The position numbers and the translations under genes are program-made. This document shows, piece by piece, positions 1 through 9,520 of a DNA stretch of 64,000 nt. The stretch is from Promethearchaeota archaeon. Lineage in GTDB: Archaea > Asgardarchaeota > Lokiarchaeia > Sigyniarchaeales > SOKP01. The stretch spans positions 139,715 through 203,714 of the forward strand of contig JAHPZI010000028.1 in assembly GCA_019058295.1 (NCBI GenBank), given 5' to 3'. Within the stretch, counting starts at the first letter, position 1. Every line of letters starts with the position of its first letter. The notes under the pieces were generated by a model. The model had not been told where the DNA came from. It searched no databases and saw only the letters and a list, made by a program, of their open reading frames with translations.

Positions 1-705
1 GAGCAGAAAGCCGAATATGGTGATAGCTCTTTAATAGGAGCGGATCCTTCCAGTTTAGCAATATCTTTCCTTTTAACTTTTTGGAGATATTTTAGAAAGC
101 TCCAATTGAAAAAAGGATATCAAAAGAGGCCCAATATTTATGTAGATCAAATGGTCCGAAAAAATATTCAAGTTATAAATCATCGTTATGAATATATTTA
201 TGGTCCTATTTCGAGATTAATACGAGATAAAGCGAATCCATTTAATAGTATTAAAATCAGGTGGTTTGATCATGAAGATTTAGATTTTCTACGTAAAAGG
301 AATAATATCATAATTTCTCATCCCCCAGATCTTTCATATGGAATAATTAGGAATATACTTAATATAATAGGAAGAAATCCTCATAATTTAGTTTTTCTTT
401 CCGGGGCAATTCATGAACAACCCGGATTAGATCTTATTGGAGGTGCCGAGGAAATTGAGTTTTCTGAAACCTGGAAAATGCCATTTAGAGCTTTATTTTT
501 GAACAACTTTGCCCCCCAGTTGAAAATAAAACTTCATGGAGATAAACTACAGTTAACTGAAATGATAAAAAATCTTGAGCCCAAGGAAGTCTGTTTTTTT
601 CACCAAAGTCCAAAGAAATTAATTGATGTAGCAGATTACGTAAAAGAATTGGGTGTAGAAAAAGTTAGTGTACCTCAAAAAAGAAAATTATTAATATTAA
701 ATTGA
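1..705 (+). CDS. beta-CASP/MBL-fold RNase-like protein, C-terminal part (5' end lies outside the window)
   Basis: Frame 1 is open from base 1 (EQKAEYGDSSLIGADP...). The C-terminal LHGDKLQLTEMIKNLEPKEVCFFH resembles beta-CASP motifs B/C (SAHAD...LKPKKVFLVHG). Confidence 0.55.
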   Translation, partial: EQKAEYGDSSLIGADPSSLAISFLLTFWRYFRKLQLKKGYQKRPNIYVDQMVRKNIQVINHRYEYIYGPISRLIRDKANPFNSIKIRWFDHEDLDFLRKRNNIIISHPPDLSYGIIRNILNIIGRNPHNLVFLSGAIHEQPGLDLIGGAEEIEFSETWKMPFRALFLNNFAPQLKIKLHGDKLQLTEMIKNLEPKEVCFFHQSPKKLIDVADYVKELGVEKVSVPQKRKLLILN

Positions 706-819
706 ATTTTTAATGCAACGATTGTAAAATCCAAAAATACTTTGAATCTTATTTAAATTAAAAAAAAAAAGAAAAAAATAAAAAGTTATACGTTTAATTA
801 AAAAGAAAAAATATTTTTA

Positions 820-3783
820 TTATTCAATTACTTCCATAGGTTTTCCATGGTGCTCTGGGATCGACTGTGCGCCACATGATGAACCCATCCAGCAAACCAA
901 TTGGTTACCTTCTTTATGCATCGGCTTACCACAATGCATTGGTAAGTCTTGTTCAGCACCACATTCTACACACTTTAATTTTCCCACTGTTTTTTCAACC
1001 TCCTTTTTTGAATTAATTATTTCTTCATTTTTTTCAATTTCAATATAGTTCTCGGGATTTTTTTTAAATTCAGCAACGCATGATTGATTGCAAAAATAAT
1101 ATTTTTTTCCGTTATATTCATGTTCAATCCATTCTTCTGGCTTCCCCTTCATGCCACATACAGGATCCGTAACGAGCTTCTCTTCCTCTATGCCCTTATG
1201 CATTAATTTTGGATCAATGTTGCCAAAGTCCTTATATTTTTCAGGATCTCGTTTAAATTCTACTTCACATGATGAGCTGCAGAAATAATATCTCTCACCA
1301 TTATATTTATACTCAATTGATTGGCTAGGTATTATTTCCATTCCACAGATAGGATCGATTACTTTTTTCTCCACTAGTAATTTTTCTTCTTGTAGTTGCT
1401 GTTCAGTTTTAGGTTCATATCTCTTTAATAATAATGCATTTGTTACAACAGAAACAGAACTTGAAGCCATGAAAATTGCTGCTAAATAAGGAGGAAGAAA
1501 ATATCCAGTAAAGGCAAATAATAATCCAGCTGCTAAAGGAATTCCAATAAGGTTATATATAAATGCCCAGAAAAGGTTAGTAATCATCTTTTTATATGTT
1601 TTCTGAGATAAATTAATTGCCGCAACCACATTTCTTAAATCTCCTCGCATAAGAACGATATCAGCTGTTTCAATAGCTACATCTGTCCCAGATCCAATTG
1701 CAATTCCAACATCTGCCTGTGCCAATGCAGGGGCATCATTTATTCCATCTCCAACCATAGCAACTTGTATATTATCACCAGAATCTTGGAGTTTTTTGAT
1801 GGTCAATGCTTTTTCATTAGGTAATACTTCAGCTAAGATATGATTTTCATCAAAGTTTAAATCCGTTCCAATACTCATCGCGGTTTGTTTATTATCACCA
1901 GTTAACATATATATATCCATTCCTTTCTCTCGTAATTTTTCAAGAGCATAAGGAGCTTGATCTTTTACTCTATCAGCTATACCGATGATCCCTTTAATTT
2001 GATCATCTATACTAACTAACATTGTAGTATTCCCTTTTTCTTGGTTTTCAATGAATTTAGAATTATATTCAGTAAAATCTAAATTATTTTCTAAAAACAA
2101 TTTTTCATTACCAATTAAAACTCGTTTATTATCTATTTTTGTTATTAGCCCTTTTCCTGGTATTGCATCAAATTCACTGGGAGACACTAATGCTAAGCCT
2201 TCTTGATTTGCCTCTTCAATAATAGCTTGCCCAAGAGGATGCTCAGAACCCATCTCAGCACTTCCAGCAAAATAAAGAATGTCTTTTTTTGTTAAACCAT
2301 TTCCTGTTAAATCATTTTCAGAATAAATTATTGTAACTTTTGGTTTTCCAATAGTTAAAGTACCCGTCTTATCAAAAACAATTGTATTAATATTGTTTAC
2401 AGATTCTAAAGAGTCACCACCTTTCATGAGAATACCATTTTCGGCACCTTTCCCTGTTCCAACCATAATTGCTGTGGGGATTGCTAACCCTAAAGCGCAC
2501 GGACAAGAAATTACTACTATTGATGTAAAAACTAATAACGCAACTTCAAGACCTAAATTTGCTATAAAAAACCAATACAAAAATGCAAGAGTAGCTGTTA
2601 TAATTACAATCGGTACAAAATAACTACTTACTTTATCAGCCAAACGTTGTCTTGAACCTTTTCGAGCTTGAGCATCTTTAACAAAATCAATTATTTGAAA
2701 AAGGAGAGTATCTTTCCCAATTTTTTCAGTTCTCATTTTAATTAATCCAGTTTGATTTACAGTAGCTCCTATAACATCATCACCAATTTCTTTTTTAATA
2801 TACTTACTTTCACCTGTTATCATAGATTCATCAATTTTAGTCTTACCTTCAATTACTTTACCATCAACCGGTATTTTTTCACCAGGTCTAACAATTAATG
2901 TATCACCTATTTCTATCTCTTCAATAGGAATTTCAATTTCTTCACCATCTCTTAATAATGTTGCATTCTTTGGTTGTAACCCTATGAGTTTTTTTATAGC
3001 TTCAGATGCCTGGCCTTTTGTTTTATGTTCTAAATATTTCCCTACTAATATAAATGCAAAAATCATACTCATGGCATCATAAAACACTTCACCAGAAATA
3101 AAAAATGTAGTCATAACTGAATAAAAATAAGCTGTCGCCGTTCCTAAAATAATCAACACATCCATATTTGTCGTCCGATTTCGCAAAGATTTATACGCGC
3201 CCTTTAGGAAAAAAGATCCTGATATTGCGAAGTTAAAAGTTGCTAGAATCGTTAGGATTAGATTTCGTGTAAAAGTAATAGGTACAATAAAATTTATTGG
3301 AGTGATTACTGCTGCAAATACTAATGAAATTATAAGAAGGATCAAACGATTTTTCATTTCTTTTTTATGCTGTTCAATTTCTTTATCAATGGCTCCCGCT
3401 ACTTTTTCTATTTTATATCCGAAGCTTTTAACGAGTGAAAAAATTTCATTTTCACTTAATTTTAATTCGTTAAATTCAATGAAGAATTTTCTTGCTTCAA
3501 AATTGCTCCTAACATGCTGTATACCATTAATTTGTTGAATTTTATTTTCTAACATATTAAACTCATTTTCTGTAAGTGTATCAATGATTCCAATGTCCAT
3601 CTTCGCAAGCGATGCTTTATATCCCAAATTTTTAATAGCACTATTGAAATTATTATAATTCACTATCTTAGGATTGTATTCAACAGTTGCTTCTTCATTT
3701 GCAAAATTTACAACAGAACTATTAACCCCCTCTAGTCCTTTTAGTTTAGTTTCTATTTTTAACGCACAGGAAGCACAAGTCAT
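820..3783 (-). CDS. copA: Cu(I)-transporting P1B-type ATPase with N-terminal HMA domains and C-terminal YHS/TRASH and Cys/His domains (true start probably ATA at 3828)
   Basis: [30 protein letters not shown] and MASSS motifs; two DPxCGM...YYFC repeats. Confidence 0.95.
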   Translation of the reverse strand: MTCASCALKIETKLKGLEGVNSSVVNFANEEATVEYNPKIVNYNNFNSAIKNLGYKASLAKMDIGIIDTLTENEFNMLENKIQQINGIQHVRSNFEARKFFIEFNELKLSENEIFSLVKSFGYKIEKVAGAIDKEIEQHKKEMKNRLILLIISLVFAAVITPINFIVPITFTRNLILTILATFNFAISGSFFLKGAYKSLRNRTTNMDVLIILGTATAYFYSVMTTFFISGEVFYDAMSMIFAFILVGKYLEHKTKGQASEAIKKLIGLQPKNATLLRDGEEIEIPIEEIEIGDTLIVRPGEKIPVDGKVIEGKTKIDESMITGESKYIKKEIGDDVIGATVNQTGLIKMRTEKIGKDTLLFQIIDFVKDAQARKGSRQRLADKVSSYFVPIVIITATLAFLYWFFIANLGLEVALLVFTSIVVISCPCALGLAIPTAIMVGTGKGAENGILMKGGDSLESVNNINTIVFDKTGTLTIGKPKVTIIYSENDLTGNGLTKKDILYFAGSAEMGSEHPLGQAIIEEANQEGLALVSPSEFDAIPGKGLITKIDNKRVLIGNEKLFLENNLDFTEYNSKFIENQEKGNTTMLVSIDDQIKGIIGIADRVKDQAPYALEKLREKGMDIYMLTGDNKQTAMSIGTDLNFDENHILAEVLPNEKALTIKKLQDSGDNIQVAMVGDGINDAPALAQADVGIAIGSGTDVAIETADIVLMRGDLRNVVAAINLSQKTYKKMITNLFWAFIYNLIGIPLAAGLLFAFTGYFLPPYLAAIFMASSSVSVVTNALLLKRYEPKTEQQLQEEKLLVEKKVIDPICGMEIIPSQSIEYKYNGERYYFCSSSCEVEFKRDPEKYKDFGNIDPKLMHKGIEEEKLVTDPVCGMKGKPEEWIEHEYNGKKYYFCNQSCVAEFKKNPENYIEIEKNEEIINSKKEVEKTVGKLKCVECGAEQDLPMHCGKPMHKEGNQLVCWMGSSCGAQSIPEHHGKPMEVIE

Positions 3784-4044
3784 CCCACCAAGTTTTATTT
3801 TAATTTTTTCTTTAGCTTGTTCTTCTATTTTATTTCACCTCGGTTTATCATAAAAAAATATCTAATGAGATTATTATAAGTTTTGTTTATATTTTGTAAA
3901 TATAGCCTCTCTAATTCTCCTTCAGAATCAAGAAATGTTCTCAGATAACTCACCATATAAAAATAATAATTTTTTCGAATAATGATTGCAAATGTCGTTT
4001 TTTCTCTGTTACCATTATTTTAAATTCAAAGATATTTTTTATAG

Positions 4045-4084
4045 ATATTACCTTGAAGTATATATAGAAAAGTATATATTTAAA
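4045..4084 (-). promoter_or_regulatory. Putative promoter/operator upstream of copA (TTTAAATA box plus two ATATATAC repeats)
   Basis: 40-bp sequence 35/40 identical to 4980-5019. Confidence 0.65.
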
Positions 4085-4280
4085 AATTATCTTTATAATT
4101 AATAAAAATATAATGAATCTCACTTTTATCTTAAATTCTGATAAATTTTATTCTAAAATTCTATTTTGCCCCATCTTCTTTCTTAAAATATTAATGTTTC
4201 AGTAAAAATCGTATTTTTAATTTTTTATTAAGGTCTAGAAATAATAATTAAAAAAAATTGGTTTGTTTTTTAAAATTGGT

Positions 4281-4580
4281 TTAAATTTCACTTCCACAAT
4301 ATGGGCATAATTTCAATGTTTTATCGTCTAATTCTTCACCACAATTAGGACAAAAATAAGGATTCTTTTCTTCCATCTCTTCAATCAAGCCAACTTTTGG
4401 GGATTCTTGATTGGATAATGCAAAATCTTTATTCTTACTTGTTCCTCGAAATAACAGGTAAATAAGAATAATTACAATTAAAAGAAAAATAAAAAAGCCC
4501 AAAATCATGTAAATCCATATATTTGGATCCCAACCCATCATTGATCCATCCATGTGATCATCCATATGGTCAAAAATCAT
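4281..4580 (-). CDS. Small single-TM protein with His/Met-rich N-terminus and C-terminal zinc ribbon
   Basis: MIFDHMDDHMDGSMMGW, hydrophobic helix, CPNC...CPYC; GGAG ribosome-binding site upstream. Confidence 0.75.
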   Translation of the reverse strand: MIFDHMDDHMDGSMMGWDPNIWIYMILGFFIFLLIVIILIYLLFRGTSKNKDFALSNQESPKVGLIEEMEEKNPYFCPNCGEELDDKTLKLCPYCGSEI

Positions 4581-4614
4581 TTAATCAACTCCTTTTTATT
4601 TAAATTATTTTTCA

Positions 4615-4911
4615 TTATTTATTCTTATTTTCCACAGTTTTAACAGATGTACTCTCGCTGTAATTATGTCTTACCAATAAATAAAGTATTAAACCGATTA
4701 CATTAAGAATAAAAGCAATTATTAACCACGTTTCAGAATTAGCGATTCCTCTTCTTATGGCATCTTTATGGACATAATAAGCAATTATTATGCTTACAGT
4801 GAAATAAATTATCCACCATAATAACATAAAGATCCACCAAAATGGACCAAATATATAAATCCACCAATCCATCATATCATACCCATCATGATGATTTTCA
4901 TCAAAAATCAT
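4615..4911 (-). CDS. Small membrane protein (PLDc_N-like hairpin) with His/Met-rich N-terminus
   Basis: YVHKDAIRRG...WLII...IGLILYLLVR pattern; AAGGTG ribosome-binding site. Confidence 0.7.
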   Translation of the reverse strand: MIFDENHHDGYDMMDWWIYIFGPFWWIFMLLWWIIYFTVSIIIAYYVHKDAIRRGIANSETWLIIAFILNVIGLILYLLVRHNYSESTSVKTVENKNK

Positions 4912-4979
4912 ATTAGCACCTTTTTTGACAATAGTTTTTTATTTGTATAATTTAGTTTTCTATTTTATTGATTTTATTT

Positions 4980-5019
4980 ATATTACCTTGGGGTATATAT
5001 GATAAAGTATATATTTAAA
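4980..5019 (-). promoter_or_regulatory. Putative promoter/operator, second copy of the 40-bp motif
   Basis: ATATTACCTTGGGGTATATATGATAAAGTATATATTTAAA versus ATATTACCTTGAAGTATATATAGAAAAGTATATATTTAAA at 4045. Confidence 0.65.
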
Positions 5020-5114
5020 TATAATTATTATTTTATATAAAATAAGAATAAATATAATCAACAGGGAAAGTCATTTTTTTTTACCTTAACTCATAAATTA
5101 AGGTGATTTGCTGA

Positions 5115-5558
5115 TTGTTAGAAAAGAATGAAATTAAAGTTCAAAATCTTACAAGGTTTTATACTTTAGCGTTGTTGAAATCAAAAAAGTCGGTTACTGG
5201 CTATTATGTTCTAAAACGACTTGAAGCAGATCTAGGAAAAACAGCCAGTCCTACATATGTTTATGACTTTTTAAAAAAGCTTAAATCCGAAGGATTTATT
5301 AAAGATGTTCAGATTCCAAAGTCAAAGCGATCAGGTGGTTATCAACTTACTCCTTTAGGTTCGAAATTTGTCGATAGAATCTTTACTCGATTTGATAACT
5401 TAATAGAAGTAGCAATCCAATCAAAATTAAAAATTTGTGCAAGTTGTGGTGTCAAGCTTTATGATAATTTTTACGTTGAAAAGATTGGAGGTAAAGAGTT
5501 GATTTTCTGTTGTGAACATTGTGCAATGGCTTATAAAAATTTTAATCACAATCATTGA
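5115..5558 (+). CDS. PadR-like winged-helix regulator with C-terminal TRASH metal-binding domain (probable copper regulator)
   Basis: TGYYVLKRL...YVYDFLKKLKSEGFI...YQLTPLG; CASCG...FCCEHC. Confidence 0.8.
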   Translation: MLEKNEIKVQNLTRFYTLALLKSKKSVTGYYVLKRLEADLGKTASPTYVYDFLKKLKSEGFIKDVQIPKSKRSGGYQLTPLGSKFVDRIFTRFDNLIEVAIQSKLKICASCGVKLYDNFYVEKIGGKELIFCCEHCAMAYKNFNHNH

Positions 5559-5661
5559 AAAGAACTATGTGAAATAACAAACGTTTCCCTCAATTTCAGA
5601 AGATATGAGCTGAATTTCTTTACTCTTTTATCTAGAATGAAGTTTTAAAAAAATTATACAC

Positions 5662-5988
5662 TTATTTTTTTTTCTCACGGTATACTTTAATCGCTTCTTT
5701 TAATCCATCTGCAACCATAACACTACAATGAATTTTAGGTTCAGGTAATCCACCCAAGGCCTCAACGATTTCCAATTTAGTAATTTTTTCTGCATCTTCT
5801 AAAGTTTTCCCTTTTGCCATCTCGGTGGCAATGCTGGATGAGGCTATAGCTGCTGCGCATCCGAAGGTCTCAAATGAAATGTCATCAATAATTTCTTGTC
5901 CACTTTCTTTTTTTACCTTAATATATACGTGCATATAATCTCCGCATTCAGCACTTCCGGCCGTCCCTACAGCGTCAGCATCTTTCAT
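5662..5988 (-). CDS. iscU: IscU/NifU-N Fe-S scaffold protein (N-terminus extends to about 6042-6045)
   Basis: CGD, FGCAAAIAS and KIHCS motifs; in-frame YTDIVLEHFKNPRN lies upstream of the called ATG. Confidence 0.9.
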   Translation of the reverse strand: MKDADAVGTAGSAECGDYMHVYIKVKKESGQEIIDDISFETFGCAAAIASSSIATEMAKGKTLEDAEKITKLEIVEALGGLPEPKIHCSVMVADGLKEAIKVYREKKK

Positions 5989-6129
5989 TTCTCTTTGATT
6001 TCTGGGATTCTTGAAGTGTTCTAGTACTATATCAGTATAAATTATTAAACACCTCTCAATAAAATATTTATTTACAATTTTAAAATAGGTTTCAAGGATT
6101 TAAAACTTAATGTTTAGGAAAAGGAGAAC

Positions 6130-6516
6130 TTATTTTTGTTTTTCACGATACTTTTCTATCGCTTTATGTAATCCATCCGCAGCTAAATTGCTACAGTGCA
6201 TTTTGATTGGTGGAAGACCATCTAAGGCATCAGCCACATCACTTCTAGTTATCTCTAATGCTTCGTCCAATGTTTTCCCTTTTGCCATCTCAGTGACCAT
6301 ACTTGAAGTAGCTATAGCAGCCCCACAGCCGAAGGTTTGAAAAGAAATATCATCTATTTTATCTTCTTTTACCTTAATATAAATATACATAAGATCTCCA
6401 CATACAGGATTGCCAACCTCACCGACGGCGTCAGCATCCTCCATTTCACCCATATTTCGGGGATTCTTAAAATGTTCCATTACTTTATCAGAATAAATTA
6501 TGACCACCTTAATCAA
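6130..6516 (-). CDS. iscU: IscU/NifU-N Fe-S scaffold protein
   Basis: YSDKVMEHFKNPRN, GNPVCGD, GCGAAIA, LPPIKMHCS. Confidence 0.95.
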   Translation of the reverse strand: MIKVVIIYSDKVMEHFKNPRNMGEMEDADAVGEVGNPVCGDLMYIYIKVKEDKIDDISFQTFGCGAAIATSSMVTEMAKGKTLDEALEITRSDVADALDGLPPIKMHCSNLAADGLHKAIEKYREKQK

Positions 6517-6820
6517 AAGATAAATAATTATAGTTAAAAATTTAATGATTTTGGATAATAATAATTCATTTTATCAAAATTATTAAAAACCTAATGAAAA
6601 AGTTTATTCAAAAAAGTAGTTAGTGTTGTTTTTAATATTTTATAAATAATAAATTTAAAACAGCTCATTCATATTTTAGATAAATAATTGATATAATAGA
6701 ATATTTATGAATTCCAATGAAATTTTTTAAAAATAATAAAAAACTTTCTATTGTATGTATATTTTACATTATTTAACACATTCAATTTACAAAATTGACT
6801 AATGATTTGTGAGGAAGCCC

Positions 6821-7822
6821 ATGAAATATTTTCAAAACGTACTGAAATTAATTGGTAGAACCCCTTTAGTCCGCATCAATAAAATTAATCCGAATAAAAA
6901 TGTTCTTATGTTGGCTAAATTAGAAAAATACAATCCAGCAGGTTCCGTGAAAGAAAGAATAGCTATAACTATGATAGAAGAAGCTGAAAAACAAGGAATT
7001 TTAACCAAAGATAAGATAATTATAGAACCAAGTTCTGGTAATACTGGAATTGGATTGGCATTGGTTTGTGCAGTAAAGGATTATCAATTAGAGATCGTTA
7101 TGCCTGAAACGATGTCGATTGAACGCCGTAAGATAATGACGGTTTATGGAGCAAAAATAACATTAACTCCAGGAGATAAGGGGATGGATGGTGCAGAGGA
7201 TTACGTTGAAGAAATAGTATCGAAAAATCCAGATAAATATTTCTATCCACATCAGTTCTCAAATGAAAATAATCCCCTTGCACATTATAGATATACGGCT
7301 GGAGAAATAATTAATGATACAGATGGGGAATTAGACGTATTTATTGCAGGTTTGGGTACATCTGGAACATTAATGGGTGTTTCTAAACGATTAAAAGAGT
7401 ATAATCCTAAAATAAAAGTTATAGCAGTTGAACCAGTTCCTAATGCTCCTATTCAAGGTTTAAAAAGCTTAAAAACTTCATATGTACCAGCGATTTACGA
7501 CGAATCAAGAATAGATGAGAAAATTTATGTTTCAATGGAAGATGCCGAACATTTATCTCGAATGTTAGCATTACAAGAGGGCATTTTTTGTGGTATCAGT
7601 TCGGGAGCAGCTATGCATGTCGCTCTTGAAACTGCTAAAAAAATGGATTCTGGAACTATAGTCGTTCTTTTACCAGATGGAGGTGAAAAATATATCTCTG
7701 ATCCAATATTCACTCCGGAGAAATGTCTCGCCTGTCAATACCAGTGTAAAGTGACAACGCTATGGACCGAAGATTACATAAAATCTATTTCTGAATGGTG
7801 GGAAAAAACAGAATCTAAATAA
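6821..7822 (+). CDS. cysM: PLP-dependent cysteine synthase (CysK/CysM family)
   Basis: IGRTPL, NPAGSVKER, SSGNTG, GTSGT, GISSGA, PDGGEKY. Confidence 0.88.
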   Translation: MKYFQNVLKLIGRTPLVRINKINPNKNVLMLAKLEKYNPAGSVKERIAITMIEEAEKQGILTKDKIIIEPSSGNTGIGLALVCAVKDYQLEIVMPETMSIERRKIMTVYGAKITLTPGDKGMDGAEDYVEEIVSKNPDKYFYPHQFSNENNPLAHYRYTAGEIINDTDGELDVFIAGLGTSGTLMGVSKRLKEYNPKIKVIAVEPVPNAPIQGLKSLKTSYVPAIYDESRIDEKIYVSMEDAEHLSRMLALQEGIFCGISSGAAMHVALETAKKMDSGTIVVLLPDGGEKYISDPIFTPEKCLACQYQCKVTTLWTEDYIKSISEWWEKTESK

Positions 7823-7909
7823 CTCCTTTTATTATATTTTAATAGAAATAGAGAAATATTTTTAAAAATTTCTTCGAAAAGATTTAAATATATAGTAGAT
7901 AAATTATAA

Positions 7910-8194
7910 ATGATGACAAAAGAAAAAGGCATTGACAAAGAAAGTCTATTAAGTTATATAAAAAAGGCAATTAAGTTATTATGTGAAAACAACTTATCTG
8001 AAGTGGTAATTTTATCATCTTACAAAATAAATTCTGTTCTAAAGGAGAATTTCGGCGTTAACATAAAAGTCGATAAAATTGGGAGAATATTAAGCGGTAT
8101 AGCTAAGCGAAATCAATTAAAAAGATTAAGTACCTCAATACCTAAATACAAATTACGAATATCTAATTTCTCCAGTTTGAAATTTAAGATTTGA
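7910..8194 (+). CDS. Small basic hypothetical protein, possible winged helix
   Basis: 94-aa ORF filling the gap after an AT-rich promoter-like spacer; IGRILSGIAKRNQL...PKYKL. Confidence 0.55.
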   Translation: MMTKEKGIDKESLLSYIKKAIKLLCENNLSEVVILSSYKINSVLKENFGVNIKVDKIGRILSGIAKRNQLKRLSTSIPKYKLRISNFSSLKFKI

Positions 8195-9515
8195 TTATTT
8201 TTTTTAATTTTTCAGTTGCTAAATTCATTTCTTTATAAGTTTCTTTAAGATTATTCAGTTCTGTGTTCAATTTTTCAATTTCATTTGTAATATTCTGCTC
8301 TAAAGATGATATATCCGTTGATATGATATTCTCTATTTTATTAGAGAAATTTTCTGTCTCGTTTGAGACTTCTGTGATGTTTTCTGAGGTCTTGTTCACT
8401 GATTCTTCCAACTTAAAGGTTAAACTGCTAGAATTGCTAATTTTATCTGAAAGGTCTTTTAAATTATTTTCTATGTGATTCATAATATTCTTAAAGTTTG
8501 TTTCTACGAGGTTATTTAAATCGTTCAAAATCTCGTCTTTAGATGAAGATAATTGGGTTATTAAATCTCTTTGGGCGTCAATCCGAATATCTAAATACAT
8601 AGATATATTTTCCTTAAAGTTTTCAGCAATTTCATCTAAATTTCTTTTAAACCAGTTTGCTACATTGGAAATTCCGTCAGAGATTTTACCTTTCATATTA
8701 CTCGTTGAATTTTTCAGAAGCTCAGATCCGGTTAATGCCCCATCTCTAATATCTTTAGTCCAGGTACCTAATTGATGTTCAAATTGATCCATAAATAAAT
8801 CTGCAAATTTTGAAGTTCCTTCTTGAAATCCTGAAATTATTGGTCCTAGGGCGAGTATAGGTTCTTTTGACATAGGGATCTCTTGGAGATCATCAAGAGG
8901 AGATTCCGCCAATTCATTAATTTCTCTGATTAGGATTGGTGCTTTTTTCTGAGTATCTTCAACTAATTTTTGAACCCATTTAAAATAGTCAAGAGTGCTT
9001 GGAAATTCCAACTCGTATTCAACTTTATGATATTCATTATTTTTATCGTCGGAAGAATCATTTAATCTATAAATTTCAAAACCTAAATTCCCTTCTTTAC
9101 CCATTAAAGTGTGATCGAAAACAACATAAAAACCATAGGGTTTTTGTTCATTCTGGAAAAAGGAATGGTGGGTTTTGATTGCTGAATCAGAAAAAAATAG
9201 CCCCCATCCTGGGTGGGATGAGTACCAACCTACTATATTCATTTTTTTGCTAGCATATCTATTTTCAATTTCAGAAAAAGTATTATAATCATCTGAATTA
9301 AAACCTATTGATATTTTTTTTCCATGAGTGATAGGTATGGCATTAATAAGATCAATATCTTTATCGTTTAATTTACCAATGCAAATTCCCATCACCTCAA
9401 CACTTTCGTCTAATGCTTCATTTCCAAATCTTAAAACATGCGTTATCATGTTTCTAAACGCCTCTTTTTTAATTTTTATCTTTCCTTCTCCTGAATTTTC
9501 TTTTTGTGTCGGCAT
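8184..9515 (-). CDS. MPN-domain protein with degenerate JAMM motif (MPN-minus) and long helical/coiled-coil C-terminus
   Basis: EVMGICIG; GWYSSHPGWGLFFSDSA (first His and Asp ligands lost). Confidence 0.85.
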   Translation of the reverse strand: MPTQKENSGEGKIKIKKEAFRNMITHVLRFGNEALDESVEVMGICIGKLNDKDIDLINAIPITHGKKISIGFNSDDYNTFSEIENRYASKKMNIVGWYSSHPGWGLFFSDSAIKTHHSFFQNEQKPYGFYVVFDHTLMGKEGNLGFEIYRLNDSSDDKNNEYHKVEYELEFPSTLDYFKWVQKLVEDTQKKAPILIREINELAESPLDDLQEIPMSKEPILALGPIISGFQEGTSKFADLFMDQFEHQLGTWTKDIRDGALTGSELLKNSTSNMKGKISDGISNVANWFKRNLDEIAENFKENISMYLDIRIDAQRDLITQLSSSKDEILNDLNNLVETNFKNIMNHIENNLKDLSDKISNSSSLTFKLEESVNKTSENITEVSNETENFSNKIENIISTDISSLEQNITNEIEKLNTELNNLKETYKEMNLATEKLKKIIKS

Positions 9516-9520
9516 TTTAG

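Noticed and set aside
706-819. A-rich tracts between convergent genes as a special repeat
   Set aside because: Consistent with ordinary archaeal oligo-T terminators; similar tracts follow many genes here.
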